Notes: generated by a model from the sequence alone, not told the origin. A stretch of 64,000 nucleotides of DNA from an uncultured bacterium (GCA_965552055.1 CBEVQO010000007.1:32001-96000), one strand, 5' to 3'. Numbered from the stretch's first letter, positions 41,901-50,841 are shown. Numbers and translations: made by a program.

Positions 41901-42084
41901 CTTTTATTTTCTCTGTATCTGCTTTTATTTCTATTAAATTTATTTCGGTCAATTCTTCTTCTCCCAATTTTATCATTTTTATTACGACAGGAAGATTTGG
42001 ATAGCCCGGTTTTGCTATCTCTTCTCCTTTTATATTTTTGCCAAAACTTATCTCGAGTATTTTAAAAATCAAAAAGGAAATCAT
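38935..42084 (-). CDS. C25 (gingipain-like) cysteine peptidase with T9SS type A-like C-terminal sorting domain
   Basis: YVLLGG, DLYYADLDG, NHDGHG, GCW, NLFGDP; tail YPNP...IYDVAGR...SGVYFV. Confidence 0.85.
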   Translation of the reverse strand: MISFLIFKILEISFGKNIKGEEIAKPGYPNLPVVIKMIKLGEEELTEINLIEIKADTEKIKGEIPPVTPQVILKLKPKKVKKAKIYEKDTLYPGKIYEYEKAKIKNVNYLLLKLYPVQYNPRKSTLIKISDLKFEILTKKSKNKTLNSIDYLIITSDSLSFAFLPLLKWREEEGFRCALRTVEWIEENYHGRDLQEKIRNYLKAVKDSGVKYVLLGGAHPIIPVRYAYAFDCQAGIMPNENDIPCDLYYADLDGDWDRDGDGVFGEVEDSVDLYPDLSIGRAPVRNYSEAVTFVNKILKYEKYPHKSSKNKALMLGEILWYEPYTDAGIGKDMICEILPPYFEIDKLYQSYGNEDSAHFFSSINSGKNFVNHDGHGWWYIMCIGEDYLFNGDTLSFTNSDMPVVWVSIGCWVGALDYVSIAECYTKTSKGGAVAFIANSRYGWGSPGNPGYGYSDKFDKRIFYEIFKDSVERIGDVLSFAKSYYVPLSHDSNVYRWHQFQINLFGDPAMKVWTEKPKGMQIITQDTIPQGDITLNIAVTDSENRPLNNVRICILKDTEIYIVDTLSGSGVFSFTTYSPGTLIVTCLKRNYIPCQKKIYIKQVNFVSLNYVIEEGDTFKIRFNLSNEGDTLRNVKCHFYADSIILLDTLREIGILPSGQSKTDSIRFLLSQIQNGKIYLIKMMLTSDKLNQEFVLKYVGKKPILHFVDYLNERITPDYSGSLYVVISNKGLDTLFDTLEISVSDANVSPHDLIVKLLPYQICTLSVWVDKTGSPPWRLHSFVRCEIDTITFYIFVGDRIKVYDFEDTVEWKVYGKNCLWHRTNLSSHSGSYSYYCGDEVTQEYRDNMDASLVSPSFIVTKDSKIGFWYKFDVPIYGCDGMYVELVKDDSLPFATLDYTGTGGALDSLTMGHDWCYAEYDISEFEGETLQLRFRFVADGDSEVSTGFFVDDVKLMYLIGDTIKEKEQVEKLRRIHIYPNPSKSILNFYFETPESQNVKVEIYDVAGRLQKAFYMKLKEGKNHFREKAQLKSGVYFVRIKSFDYCDKIIIVR

Positions 42085-43184
42085 GAGTAAAATTCTTTTA
42101 TTTTGTCCGTGATAAAGTGTATCTGTTCTTCTGTTATTTCGGGATACATTGGTAGTGATAATACTTCTTTTGCTAATTTTTCAGCAACAGGGAAATCTCC
42201 CTCTTTGTATCCAAGATATTTGTATGCTGGTTGAAGATGTAAAGGTATTGGATAGTGCACAAGTGCAGATATGCCGTTTTCATTCAGATACTTCATCAGT
42301 TTATCTCTATCTTTTGCTCTTATCACATAAAGATGATATACATGTTTTGCGTAATCTGCTTCTCGTGGCAATATTACATCTGGCAAATCTTTTAATAATT
42401 CCGTGTATAATTTTGCTGCTCTCCTTCTTTTTTCATTCCATTCATCGAGATATTTTAATTTTACAAGCAAAATTGCAGCTTGCAGGTCATCCATTCTTAA
42501 ATTGTATCCCTCAATATAATGTTCGTATTTTGTTGTCCTTCCGTGATTCTGTAGCAAATTTATTTTATCTGCAAGTTCTTTATCATCCGTTAACACCATT
42601 CCTGCATGTCCATAGGCATTTAGATTTTTGCTCGGATAAAAACTAAAGCATGATGCAATCCCGAAGCTTCCGCATTTTTTACCCTTGTATTCTGCTCCAT
42701 GGGCCTGAGCTGCATCTTCAATCGCATAAAGCCCATATTTATCACAAATTTCTAAAATCGGATCAATATCTGCTGGATGACCATATAAATCGACAAAGAT
42801 AATAGCTTTTGTATCTTTTGTTATCGCTTTCTCTATAAGGTTCGGGTCAATACAAAATGTTTTTTCCTCGCAATCTACAAATTTTATCTTTGCTCCTGCA
42901 TGCGTTATTGCCTCTGTTGTTGCTATAAAAGTAAAAGGAGTTGTTATTATCTCTTTGCCTTTGAGTTCAAGAGCCATTAAGATAAGGTCAAGTGCTGCAG
43001 AACCCGATGCTACACCCACTCCATACTTCCTTCCGCAATATTTCGCAAATTCCTCCTGGAACTTTTTAATGTATTCGCCCGTGGTAAAGGCACCTCGCTC
43101 TAATATTCCACATATCGTTTTATCTATTTCTTCTTTAATCTGCCTGTATTGTGCTACAAGGTCTATTAAAGGTATTCTATCCAT
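42081..43184 (-). CDS. DegT/DnrJ/EryC1/StrS aminotransferase (start moved from 43226 to 43184)
   Basis: IEDAAQAHG, SFYPSKNL, HVYHLY, LSLPMYP; GGAGG precedes ATG 43184. Confidence 0.92.
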   Translation of the reverse strand: MDRIPLIDLVAQYRQIKEEIDKTICGILERGAFTTGEYIKKFQEEFAKYCGRKYGVGVASGSAALDLILMALELKGKEIITTPFTFIATTEAITHAGAKIKFVDCEEKTFCIDPNLIEKAITKDTKAIIFVDLYGHPADIDPILEICDKYGLYAIEDAAQAHGAEYKGKKCGSFGIASCFSFYPSKNLNAYGHAGMVLTDDKELADKINLLQNHGRTTKYEHYIEGYNLRMDDLQAAILLVKLKYLDEWNEKRRRAAKLYTELLKDLPDVILPREADYAKHVYHLYVIRAKDRDKLMKYLNENGISALVHYPIPLHLQPAYKYLGYKEGDFPVAEKLAKEVLSLPMYPEITEEQIHFITDKIKEFYS

Positions 43185-45174
43185 GATACACCTCCTCAAG
43201 CACATTTGTGCCAATTTGTGATGCATGAAAGTTTATCCTTTCAAGGTCACTTATAAGGTCCATATGCAATCTGCTTGTCTCCAGACTTTCTTTTAAGCCC
43301 CTTCTCAATCTTTGTAGATGTTTATTATGCAATTCTTTTAATAACTTATTCCCTTCTTCTCTTCTTTTTGCAAGATTTTCAGCAAGTGTTTTATCAAAAG
43401 ATGTTAAAACTTCTGTTGCCATTTTTACGGATTGCGTGCAAAATGCATGAAATTCTTCAATCTCCTTAAATCCTTCTTTTGAGAAGACAAGTCCCAGATC
43501 TATTTTCTTCTTGGCGTAGTGCATCAAACTGTCGCTTATTATATCACCAATATGTTCAAGCTCATCAACAGCATAAAGAAGGGTTACTCCTCTTTTTGAA
43601 AGCTCCTCTGATATTTCTTCCTGTGATACTTTTGTTAGATATTTCCTTATTTCAATTTCAAGGATATCGACATCATCGTCTTTTTTCAATATTTCTTTTA
43701 ATAGATTTTCATCGTTGTTTTTAAACACATCTATTGTTTTTTGCATCATAAAGTTTACTATATCACACATTCTGTGTACTTCTCGCATAGCAAGTGCAAT
43801 TGCAGATGGCGGACTCGAACTAACAATGGCTTCATCAAGATAAACAGGTTTTACTCTTTCTTCTTTTTCTTTTATCAATCCTTTGATTAATTTTTCGTAA
43901 TATCTTAAAATCGGCAGGAAGAAAATCGCAGCCATAATGTTAAAAATAGTGTGTGCATTTGCTATCTGTCTTGGGACAGATTTTGCAGTTAGAGAAACTA
44001 ACTTTGTAAATTGTGGTAAAAACGGGAAAACAATTGCAACGAAAATTATTTTGAAGAGAAAATGTGCGAGTGCTACCCTTTTAGCTTCCGATGACTTGCC
44101 TATAGCAGCGTTTATAGCGTTTATGCATGTCCCTATATTTGCACCGAAAATTATTGGTATTGCAGAATTAATATCTATAAGTCCCTGGAATGCAAAAGAT
44201 AGTAGCATTGCTATTGTTGTAGCAGATGACCTTACTATTGCCGTAAGAATTAATCCGATTAATAATCCCACGAAACTGTTTTTGCAGAAATCACATAGAA
44301 TTTTGCGAATATTAGGATGATAGCGAAGTGGAGAAAGCGAAGAGCTCATTAAAGAGATTCCAAAGAATATCATTCCAAATGCAAATATCACTCTACCGAG
44401 ATAATGTAAATTTCTTCTTTTTGAAAATGTCATCAGGAAAAATCCAATTGCCAGTATTCCGAGTGCATAGTTGAAAATTTTGAATGCGATTATCTGGACT
44501 GTTATCGTTGTAGCGATATCTGCACCGAGCAACACTCCGAGTGATTGAAACAATTTTAAAAGACCTGCATGTGCAAAAGATACGAGCATAACCGATGTGG
44601 CAGAACTCGATTGCGTTAACATCGTTATACCTATCCCAGATATTACACCGAGCAAAGGAGTTTTTGTCATCTTCCATAATATTTCCCTTATTTTACCACC
44701 AGCGAATTTCGTAAGCGATTTGCTACCAAAATTCAATCCATTCATAAAGATGGCAAGTCCGCCGAGTAAAGCAAGGAAAGATAAAAGTTTCCATAATTTA
44801 TGTAAAACTATGAAGGAAAAAGATAATTTATTTTTTGCATTAGGACTCCATGCTTCCAGGAAATATTCTCCTGTTGCCTCTCCTGTGTATACACGGAATA
44901 AAGCATATCCTCTTTCGTCGGTTTTGCAAACAGCAGGCACTATCTTTGTCTTTTTACCCGTTATCAAATTATCAAAAGGTTCTCCTTTCACCTCAAGATA
45001 TACAGGGATATCTGGAACAGGTTTTCCTTTTTCATCAACAGCTTCAATAACTATTGGCTTTGGAAGATAGGATAAATGATGCCCAACCTGATGGTCACCC
45101 GATATATCTCTTCCTGTTACATCGTGTGCTTTTTTTAAAATTACAGCATTTATTATGATGAGTAAGATAACCAT
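43177..45174 (-). CDS. Na/Pi cotransporter family protein with N-terminal Ig-like and C-terminal PhoU-like domains
   Basis: QSSSAT, GADIATT, GANIGT, ANAHT.FN, LEHIGD. Confidence 0.85.
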   Translation of the reverse strand: MVILLIIINAVILKKAHDVTGRDISGDHQVGHHLSYLPKPIVIEAVDEKGKPVPDIPVYLEVKGEPFDNLITGKKTKIVPAVCKTDERGYALFRVYTGEATGEYFLEAWSPNAKNKLSFSFIVLHKLWKLLSFLALLGGLAIFMNGLNFGSKSLTKFAGGKIREILWKMTKTPLLGVISGIGITMLTQSSSATSVMLVSFAHAGLLKLFQSLGVLLGADIATTITVQIIAFKIFNYALGILAIGFFLMTFSKRRNLHYLGRVIFAFGMIFFGISLMSSSLSPLRYHPNIRKILCDFCKNSFVGLLIGLILTAIVRSSATTIAMLLSFAFQGLIDINSAIPIIFGANIGTCINAINAAIGKSSEAKRVALAHFLFKIIFVAIVFPFLPQFTKLVSLTAKSVPRQIANAHTIFNIMAAIFFLPILRYYEKLIKGLIKEKEERVKPVYLDEAIVSSSPPSAIALAMREVHRMCDIVNFMMQKTIDVFKNNDENLLKEILKKDDDVDILEIEIRKYLTKVSQEEISEELSKRGVTLLYAVDELEHIGDIISDSLMHYAKKKIDLGLVFSKEGFKEIEEFHAFCTQSVKMATEVLTSFDKTLAENLAKRREEGNKLLKELHNKHLQRLRRGLKESLETSRLHMDLISDLERINFHASQIGTNVLEEVYHG

Positions 45175-45614
45175 TTTTTAACTCTTTTCTCCAGCACTTC
45201 ATAGTGTGTGCCTTCCCAGTAATATTTATCACAATTTGGGCAATATGCAAATTCCTCGTGCGTCCGGTAAACAAAAAAGGGAACTTTGCCCTTAACTTTG
45301 CTTTTATCAACAATTTGTAACTTTGCATTACATTCTATACATCTTGTAAATGGCTTTAAAACAGGTTTAAATTTTTCGATAATTTCCTTTATTTGTTCAT
45401 CCACTTTTTCCGATTTCAGGACAAAAATTTTGTCATTTTTCGGAAGATTATGTGCCCTTGTTAGAATTATCCTTCCTTCTTTTAATGCGGTTTCAAATAA
45501 TTTTTTTCTATCGGGTTCCCTTATATAAATTGTGTCTATTCCGAGCAATCTAAGGGCTTTTGCTGTTTTGCCGAGCATGAAATCTGCTGCAAACTTCGGG
45601 GAATTATTCATCAA
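45153..45614 (-). CDS. Mut7-C RNase (PIN) domain protein
   Basis: DFMLGK.A..LRLLG.D, RC..CN, CPNC.K.YWEGTH. Confidence 0.88.
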   Translation of the reverse strand: MMNNSPKFAADFMLGKTAKALRLLGIDTIYIREPDRKKLFETALKEGRIILTRAHNLPKNDKIFVLKSEKVDEQIKEIIEKFKPVLKPFTRCIECNAKLQIVDKSKVKGKVPFFVYRTHEEFAYCPNCDKYYWEGTHYEVLEKRVKKWLSYSS

Positions 45615-46170
45615 CTATTGGTCTTGTTCTCCTGTTACAATATTTTGCAGCTTCGTCTATTCCTTCTTCGATGTAAAGTTTTACTGTATTTACTGCAAGT
45701 TTTATAACATCCTGCAATATTTCTTCTTCCTCCTCTGTAAAATTTTGCAAAACAAATTCCGATAAGCTTCCGATTACAGGACCTATCCCGATTCTTAATC
45801 TTGGAAATTCTATGGTTCCAAGTTCATAAATCACGGATTTAAGCCCTTTATGTCCGCCGCTCGAACCTTTTGTGCGTAAGCGTGCCCTCCCGAGCGGAAG
45901 CGAAGCATCATCGAGCACTACCAGAAAATTCTCAAGGTCAATACCTGTTTCTTCAACAACTTCCCTTGCAGCAAGACCACTGAGATTTACAAAAGTCATG
46001 GGTTTTACAAGTAATACATCTGAGCTCTCCCCGTAAACATAATTCCGTGCCATGCGATTTACAGGAATGGAAAGCTCCTTTGACAATGCATCTATTACCC
46101 TGAAACCAACATTGTGCCGTGTAAACTGATATTCTTCGCCAGGATTGCCAATGCCAAAGATTACTTTCAT
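45604..46170 (-). CDS. pth: Peptidyl-tRNA hydrolase
   Basis: GIGNPG.EY..TRHNVGF, GGHKGL, RLRIGIG. Confidence 0.95.
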   Translation of the reverse strand: MKVIFGIGNPGEEYQFTRHNVGFRVIDALSKELSIPVNRMARNYVYGESSDVLLVKPMTFVNLSGLAAREVVEETGIDLENFLVVLDDASLPLGRARLRTKGSSGGHKGLKSVIYELGTIEFPRLRIGIGPVIGSLSEFVLQNFTEEEEEILQDVIKLAVNTVKLYIEEGIDEAAKYCNRRTRPIVDE

Positions 46171-46790
46171 TCTTCTTTCTCTTCCTCTTTCTTTTCTTCT
46201 GCTTTTTCTTCGGGCTTTTCTTCTTCTGCTACTTCTTCTTTCTTTTCTTCCTCTTCAACTTTTCTCGGTGCAATGATGGTTGCAACTGTTTCGTCCGGAG
46301 GCGTTAATAATCTCCTGTTCCCAATATCTATATCTTTTACATGTAATGCTTCTTCAAGGTCAAGATGCGATACATCGACTTTAAATTCATGTGGTATATC
46401 TTCTGCAAGGCATTCAATTTCTATTTCGTGCAATATTTGTTCTAAAATGCCTCCTTTCTGCACACCAACAGGCGTACCTTCGAGTATCACAGGTACTTTT
46501 ACTCTTACTTTTTCACCTTTCTTCAGATGCTGGAAATCCACATGTATCACCTCATCCGTAACGGGATGGAACTGCACTTCTTTTATCAATGCATCTTTTT
46601 CCTCACCATTTAAACTTATCTTTACGATTTCATCACCAGCTTTAAGTACTTCCATAAACTCCTTTTTATCAATGGCAATATGAACCGTTTCTTCGCCGTG
46701 TCCATACATCACAGCAGGTATTTTGCCCTGTCTGCGTAATCTTTTTGCTACCTGTTTGCCAACATCACGAAATTCAGCTTTTAACTTCAT
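46167..46790 (-). CDS. rplY: 50S ribosomal protein L25/Ctc
   Basis: IPAVMYG, HVDF, acidic tail; upstream of pth. Confidence 0.93.
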   Translation of the reverse strand: MKLKAEFRDVGKQVAKRLRRQGKIPAVMYGHGEETVHIAIDKKEFMEVLKAGDEIVKISLNGEEKDALIKEVQFHPVTDEVIHVDFQHLKKGEKVRVKVPVILEGTPVGVQKGGILEQILHEIEIECLAEDIPHEFKVDVSHLDLEEALHVKDIDIGNRRLLTPPDETVATIIAPRKVEEEEKKEEVAEEEKPEEKAEEKKEEEKEE

Positions 46791-46834
46791 ATCACCCCCA
46801 ATCTATATATAATCCATTTATTTCTTTGTCAAGC

Positions 46835-47474
46835 TTTTATAAAACTTGACAAACTGGTTTTACAAATAAAATTTTCTGTGTTAAAGGATAAAAAGAAATG
46901 AAGGTATTTTTAATAATTATGTGCATGGAATTTCATTTTATTCCAATAAATTTAGATTTGGGGTTTTATGTTTCAACTGCGTATTTTTCAATTCGTTTTC
47001 TCCGCACAGATTTTAAGATAAAAGAAAGCACATTTAGTATCTCAGCAAATAGATGGGATGGGATTATTCACCATGGTCTTTATGAAAGTGTTTTTCCTTT
47101 GAGATATATGTTTAGAAACTTTAATATAGAAGTCGACTGGCTTTACTATCAATTTGTATTGGGAGACGAATTTCAATTATCTGCTTATTTATGTCACGCT
47201 ATCAGAGCAGGGATATCAAACCAATATATTTTTGGAAAGAAAGTTTACTTTTTGATTTCACCTCATATTAACATCATTGTGATTTATAAGCCATATTGTA
47301 ATGATACGGATTTTGGAATTTCAGCGGGTGCCGAAATATTTATTGGTGCAAGAACAAGGGAAAAAGGAACTGCAATTCGGCTTTTGATTACACAATATTG
47401 TAGTTGCATCCTTTTCTGGCTTTGCAATCTCTAATTTTTATAAAACTTGACAAACTGGTTTTACAAATAAAATT
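46835..47474 (+). repeat. Exact 39-bp direct repeat carrying a TTGACA-N15-TAAAAT promoter (46835-46873 and 47436-47474)
   Basis: TTTTATAAAACTTGACAAACTGGTTTTACAAATAAAATT occurs twice, flanking ORF 46898-47434. Confidence 0.9.
46898..47434 (+). CDS. Hypothetical aromatic-rich, beta-strand-like exported protein, paralog A
   Basis: N-terminus shared with 47977-48468 (EFHF.PIN, LRTDFK.KE..FSIS). Confidence 0.6.
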   Translation: MKVFLIIMCMEFHFIPINLDLGFYVSTAYFSIRFLRTDFKIKESTFSISANRWDGIIHHGLYESVFPLRYMFRNFNIEVDWLYYQFVLGDEFQLSAYLCHAIRAGISNQYIFGKKVYFLISPHINIIVIYKPYCNDTDFGISAGAEIFIGARTREKGTAIRLLITQYCSCILFWLCNL

Positions 47475-47479
47475 AAACG

Positions 47480-47980
47480 ATGGTGCTATTGTTTATAAGC
47501 GTGGTTGAACTGATACCCTATGAATTTTACCTGAATTATAATATCGGATTTTATGACAAAAAGCGTTTGGAAGAAAGTCCATATGAAGTGCATCCTTTTC
47601 CATTAAGCATAACTATCAGCAAAATGCAATATGAAAAAGGGAAATGGGGAATAGGTGCTAAAGTTTTGGAAATAGGTGGCACTGATTTGCCCTGGATTGG
47701 CTTTATGAATGTCCTCCTGCAAACCAAATTTCAATTTCTTAAACTGGAATTAGAGTATTCACTCCTTTATGGAGTATGTCTTTGGATAGTTTATAGAGAA
47801 CCCGGTTACGCGAAACTTTCACTTATTGCTGCGTATAAAGAGGGGATGACAAAAAGCATATTTTACAGGTTTCTGTTAAAATTTACATATATTTTATCCT
47901 ATTATGATGAAGATTACAGGATATGGGCGCACTGGATTTCGTTAGGAGTGGGCTTAAATTTCGGCCTGGAGGTTAAATGA
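47480..47980 (+). CDS. Hypothetical beta-strand-rich exported protein
   Basis: Own promoter six nt upstream; alternating aromatic/hydrophobic strands; ends ISLGVGLNFGLEVK. Confidence 0.6.
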   Translation: MVLLFISVVELIPYEFYLNYNIGFYDKKRLEESPYEVHPFPLSITISKMQYEKGKWGIGAKVLEIGGTDLPWIGFMNVLLQTKFQFLKLELEYSLLYGVCLWIVYREPGYAKLSLIAAYKEGMTKSIFYRFLLKFTYILSYYDEDYRIWAHWISLGVGLNFGLEVK

Positions 47981-48468
47981 AAATATTTTTGATAATTATG
48001 GCAACCGAATTTCATTTCGTTCCCATAAACTTTGAGTTTGGATATCAATATTCTTTAAATGAAAATTTTTCATCTTTTAATTTTTCGCTTCGCCTTTTGC
48101 GTACAGATTTTAAGGTAAAAGAAGATGTGTTCAGTATATCAATAGTAAAATGCGGAGCACCCGGTGCCCCTTATATAAGTCTTTTGCCATTAAGGTGTAT
48201 GTCCAAACATTTTTATGTAGAAATCGAACCTTTTTCATGGTACTGGATTGAGCCATTTGAAGGTTCTCGTTGCCCCTCTTTGACAGCAGGGATATTTAAT
48301 AAATTCAATCTTGGCAAAAAAGCTTTCCTTTCGGTTTTGCCTTATGCTAATTTTCGTATGCTTTATGATATTGAATATGGAGAGACATTCCTCTGGTTTT
48401 TTTCAATTGGTGTTGAATTTGTGCAGGTGCCAGAACAAAAGATAAAGATGTGGCAATTCCTTTCTTGA
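47977..48468 (+). CDS. Paralog of 46898-47434 with a probable frameshift near 48420
   Basis: Homology to paralog A continues in the -1 frame (AGARTKDKDVAIPFLI...) to TAA 48519-48521. Confidence 0.6.
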   Translation: MKIFLIIMATEFHFVPINFEFGYQYSLNENFSSFNFSLRLLRTDFKVKEDVFSISIVKCGAPGAPYISLLPLRCMSKHFYVEIEPFSWYWIEPFEGSRCPSLTAGIFNKFNLGKKAFLSVLPYANFRMLYDIEYGETFLWFFSIGVEFVQVPEQKIKMWQFLS

Positions 48469-48503
48469 TTTTATACTATCTTCCTCCTCTCATTATTTTG
48501 CTT

Positions 48504-49265
48504 TTACTTTATAGCTCTTAATTTTATCTTTTCTCCAACTTTTGCGTTCAAAAATTTACTGCAATCACCATTTGGCAAAGCGATTTCAAGCATACCACAA
48601 CTATCAATTATGCAGATAGGGGAATCTCCCTCATAACATCTCTTCAATCCTTTTATTTTAACTCCCTTTATCTCAACTTCAACATCTTCATTCAGCAAAT
48701 TTTCCGAAATGTTTGTTATTAAATTGCCGAATCTGTCGATTGCTATTATTTTTCCTTCTATTTCATTTTCCCTGATTTCCGGTTTCGGAAATTCAATTAA
48801 TTTTATTTCCTTTAAGGGTTTGCCCAATTTATGGGGAGGTATGTCTTTTGCAAGGCGGGCTGATGCCGGTGCGAACACATCCCTTCCGTGAAAAGTATAA
48901 CTTATTTTGCCACGCACAGTTATTTCAAATGCTTCAAACTCTTTTTCTTCCGATAAAACATAGCCAAAAAGTCCGTTATCAGGTCCAACAAAATAATATT
49001 TCCTTGTCTTTACGATTATGGGTTTCCTTTGTGTACCTACTCCTGGGTCAACTACACACAAAAATACGGTTTTGGCGGGGAAATATCTGTAAGAGCGCCA
49101 TAGGTTGAAAGCCCCAAGATGAATATCTCCCTGTGGTATCTCGTGTGTCAAATCAACAATTTTTACATCAGGAGCAATACTCAAAATTACCGCTTTCATT
49201 TCCGCAACATAGGTATCTTTTTGTCCAAAATCGGTCAATATCGCTATTATCCTGGATTCACCCAT
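48504..49265 (-). CDS. SAM hydroxide adenosyltransferase / halogenase family (DUF62)
   Basis: LTDFG, VVDPGVGT.R, GPDNG, TFHGRDVF, DRFGN. Confidence 0.9.
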   Translation of the reverse strand: MGESRIIAILTDFGQKDTYVAEMKAVILSIAPDVKIVDLTHEIPQGDIHLGAFNLWRSYRYFPAKTVFLCVVDPGVGTQRKPIIVKTRKYYFVGPDNGLFGYVLSEEKEFEAFEITVRGKISYTFHGRDVFAPASARLAKDIPPHKLGKPLKEIKLIEFPKPEIRENEIEGKIIAIDRFGNLITNISENLLNEDVEVEIKGVKIKGLKRCYEGDSPICIIDSCGMLEIALPNGDCSKFLNAKVGEKIKLRAIK

Positions 49266-49764
49266 TTTTATCTAATTCTTCAAGATTTATAAAAGTGAGG
49301 ATTGTATCACCAACTTGCCGTTGTTCACCGCAATTTATTTTCTCAAATTTGCTGTGCTCTATTATCAACAATCCTTTTTTGTCTTTTAATTTTTTCAAAA
49401 TTCTTTTAGCATATCCTTTGTTATAGGGTGGGTCTGCGAAGTAAATATCCGCATCGGGTATTTTAAGTTTAAAAACATCACCAAAAATTACCTTTGAACT
49501 TCCTTCATATCCCAATTTTCTTATATTTTCGTTTAAAATTTTTGTTATTTCTCTATTGTTTTCGATGAAATAGCAAAAATATGCGCCTCTGGAGAGTGCC
49601 TCCAATCCCACATTTCCCGTGCCTGCAAATAAATCGACAAAAATTTTGCCATCCACATCTTTCAGTATATCAAATAGAACTTTTTTAACCCTTTGAGATG
49701 TAATTCTTATATCCTTTGTGATTTTAAGTTTAAATCCTTTCTTTTCTCCGCCTATTATCGTCAA
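49258..49764 (-). CDS. rsmD: 16S rRNA m2G966 methyltransferase
   Basis: DLFAGTGNVGLEALSRGA, DPPY. Confidence 0.9.
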   Translation of the reverse strand: MTIIGGEKKGFKLKITKDIRITSQRVKKVLFDILKDVDGKIFVDLFAGTGNVGLEALSRGAYFCYFIENNREITKILNENIRKLGYEGSSKVIFGDVFKLKIPDADIYFADPPYNKGYAKRILKKLKDKKGLLIIEHSKFEKINCGEQRQVGDTILTFINLEELDKNG

Positions 49765-49765
49765 T

Positions 49766-49921
49766 TTATCCCCAGTATTCTGGCTTTTCGCTTTTCCTCA
49801 CTTTATCAAGTGGGTCATCTTTACTTTTATTCTTACCGCCATTTTCTAAAATTTTTATATGTCCAACTCTTATTTTTGGTTTTCTTCTCTTTATTATTCT
49901 TATAGTTTTAACTTTAATCAT
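49766..49921 (-). CDS. Small basic hypothetical protein, 51 aa, absent from the ORF track
   Basis: MIKVKTIRIIKRRKPKIRVGHIKILENGGKNKSKDDPLDKVRKSEKPEYWG*; promoter TTGACA-N16-TATAAT five nt upstream; stop lies 1 nt before the rsmD start. Confidence 0.55.
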   Translation of the reverse strand: MIKVKTIRIIKRRKPKIRVGHIKILENGGKNKSKDDPLDKVRKSEKPEYWG

Positions 49922-49950
49922 CTTTAATTATAAACCAATTTTGCCTGTTG

Positions 49951-50841
49951 TCAAGGTGATTTTTCCCTTGGGTGGTATTCTTTTAAATCTTCTTTTAATC
50001 TTTGTCTATCTATCTGCGTATAAATTTCAGTGGTTGATATTTTTTGATGTCCCAGCAATACCTGTACTGTGCGTATATCTGCACCGCCTTCCAAAAGATG
50101 TGTTGCGAAACTGTGTCGCAAAGTATGGGGATGAACATTTTTCCTTATACCTGCTTTCAAAACATATTTCCTTAAAATCTTCCATACACCCATTCTTGAT
50201 AATTTTCTTCCATCTTTATTCAAAAATAAAGTTTCTGTCTCCCTTCCTCTTTTTAAGAAAGGTCTAACATCACGAATATAAACAGATAGCCATTTTTTTG
50301 CTTCTTCTGTTAAAGGAATCATCCTTTGTTTTCCGCCTTTGCCAAAGCATCTTATAAATCCTTCATCAAGGAAAACATCCGAAACTTTAAGGTCAATTAA
50401 TTCCTGCACTCTTACTCCTGTTGCATACATAAGTTCTAACATAGCTTTATCACGCTTGCCAAGCGGAGTTCCAGTATCTGGCTGGTCAAGCAGTTTGAAA
50501 ACCTCCTCAACATCTAAAACCTCTGGCAATTTCTTATATTTCTTCGGTGGCTCAATTATTTCCATAACTTCGGAATCAATCCCATATTCTTTTTCCAGAA
50601 ATTTAAAGAATAATCTCAAAGATGTAATGCATCTTGCAACGGTAGATAACTCTGAATTCTTACGCAAATCCGAGATAAACTTTAACAAAACTGCTTCATC
50701 CACCCTCTTTAAAGATATTTCCTTATCTTCAAGAAAATTCAAAAATTTTTTAATATCATAACAATAAGATTCCACACTTTTCTCGGACAATCCCTTATCT
50801 ATTTTCAAATACATTTCAAAATTTTTTAAAATATCTTTCAT
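49951..50841 (-). CDS. xerD: Site-specific tyrosine recombinase XerD
   Basis: YATGVRV.EL, GKGGKQR, HTLRHSFATHLL, LLGH, TEIYT. Confidence 0.9.
   Translation of the reverse strand: MKDILKNFEMYLKIDKGLSEKSVESYCYDIKKFLNFLEDKEISLKRVDEAVLLKFISDLRKNSELSTVARCITSLRLFFKFLEKEYGIDSEVMEIIEPPKKYKKLPEVLDVEEVFKLLDQPDTGTPLGKRDKAMLELMYATGVRVQELIDLKVSDVFLDEGFIRCFGKGGKQRMIPLTEEAKKWLSVYIRDVRPFLKRGRETETLFLNKDGRKLSRMGVWKILRKYVLKAGIRKNVHPHTLRHSFATHLLEGGADIRTVQVLLGHQKISTTEIYTQIDRQRLKEDLKEYHPREKSP

Noticed and set aside
49951..50841. Tyrosine recombinase as an integron or prophage integrase
   Set aside because: Length and motifs fit housekeeping XerD; no IntI-specific insertion seen; no att or phage genes nearby; 49 kb from the attC.
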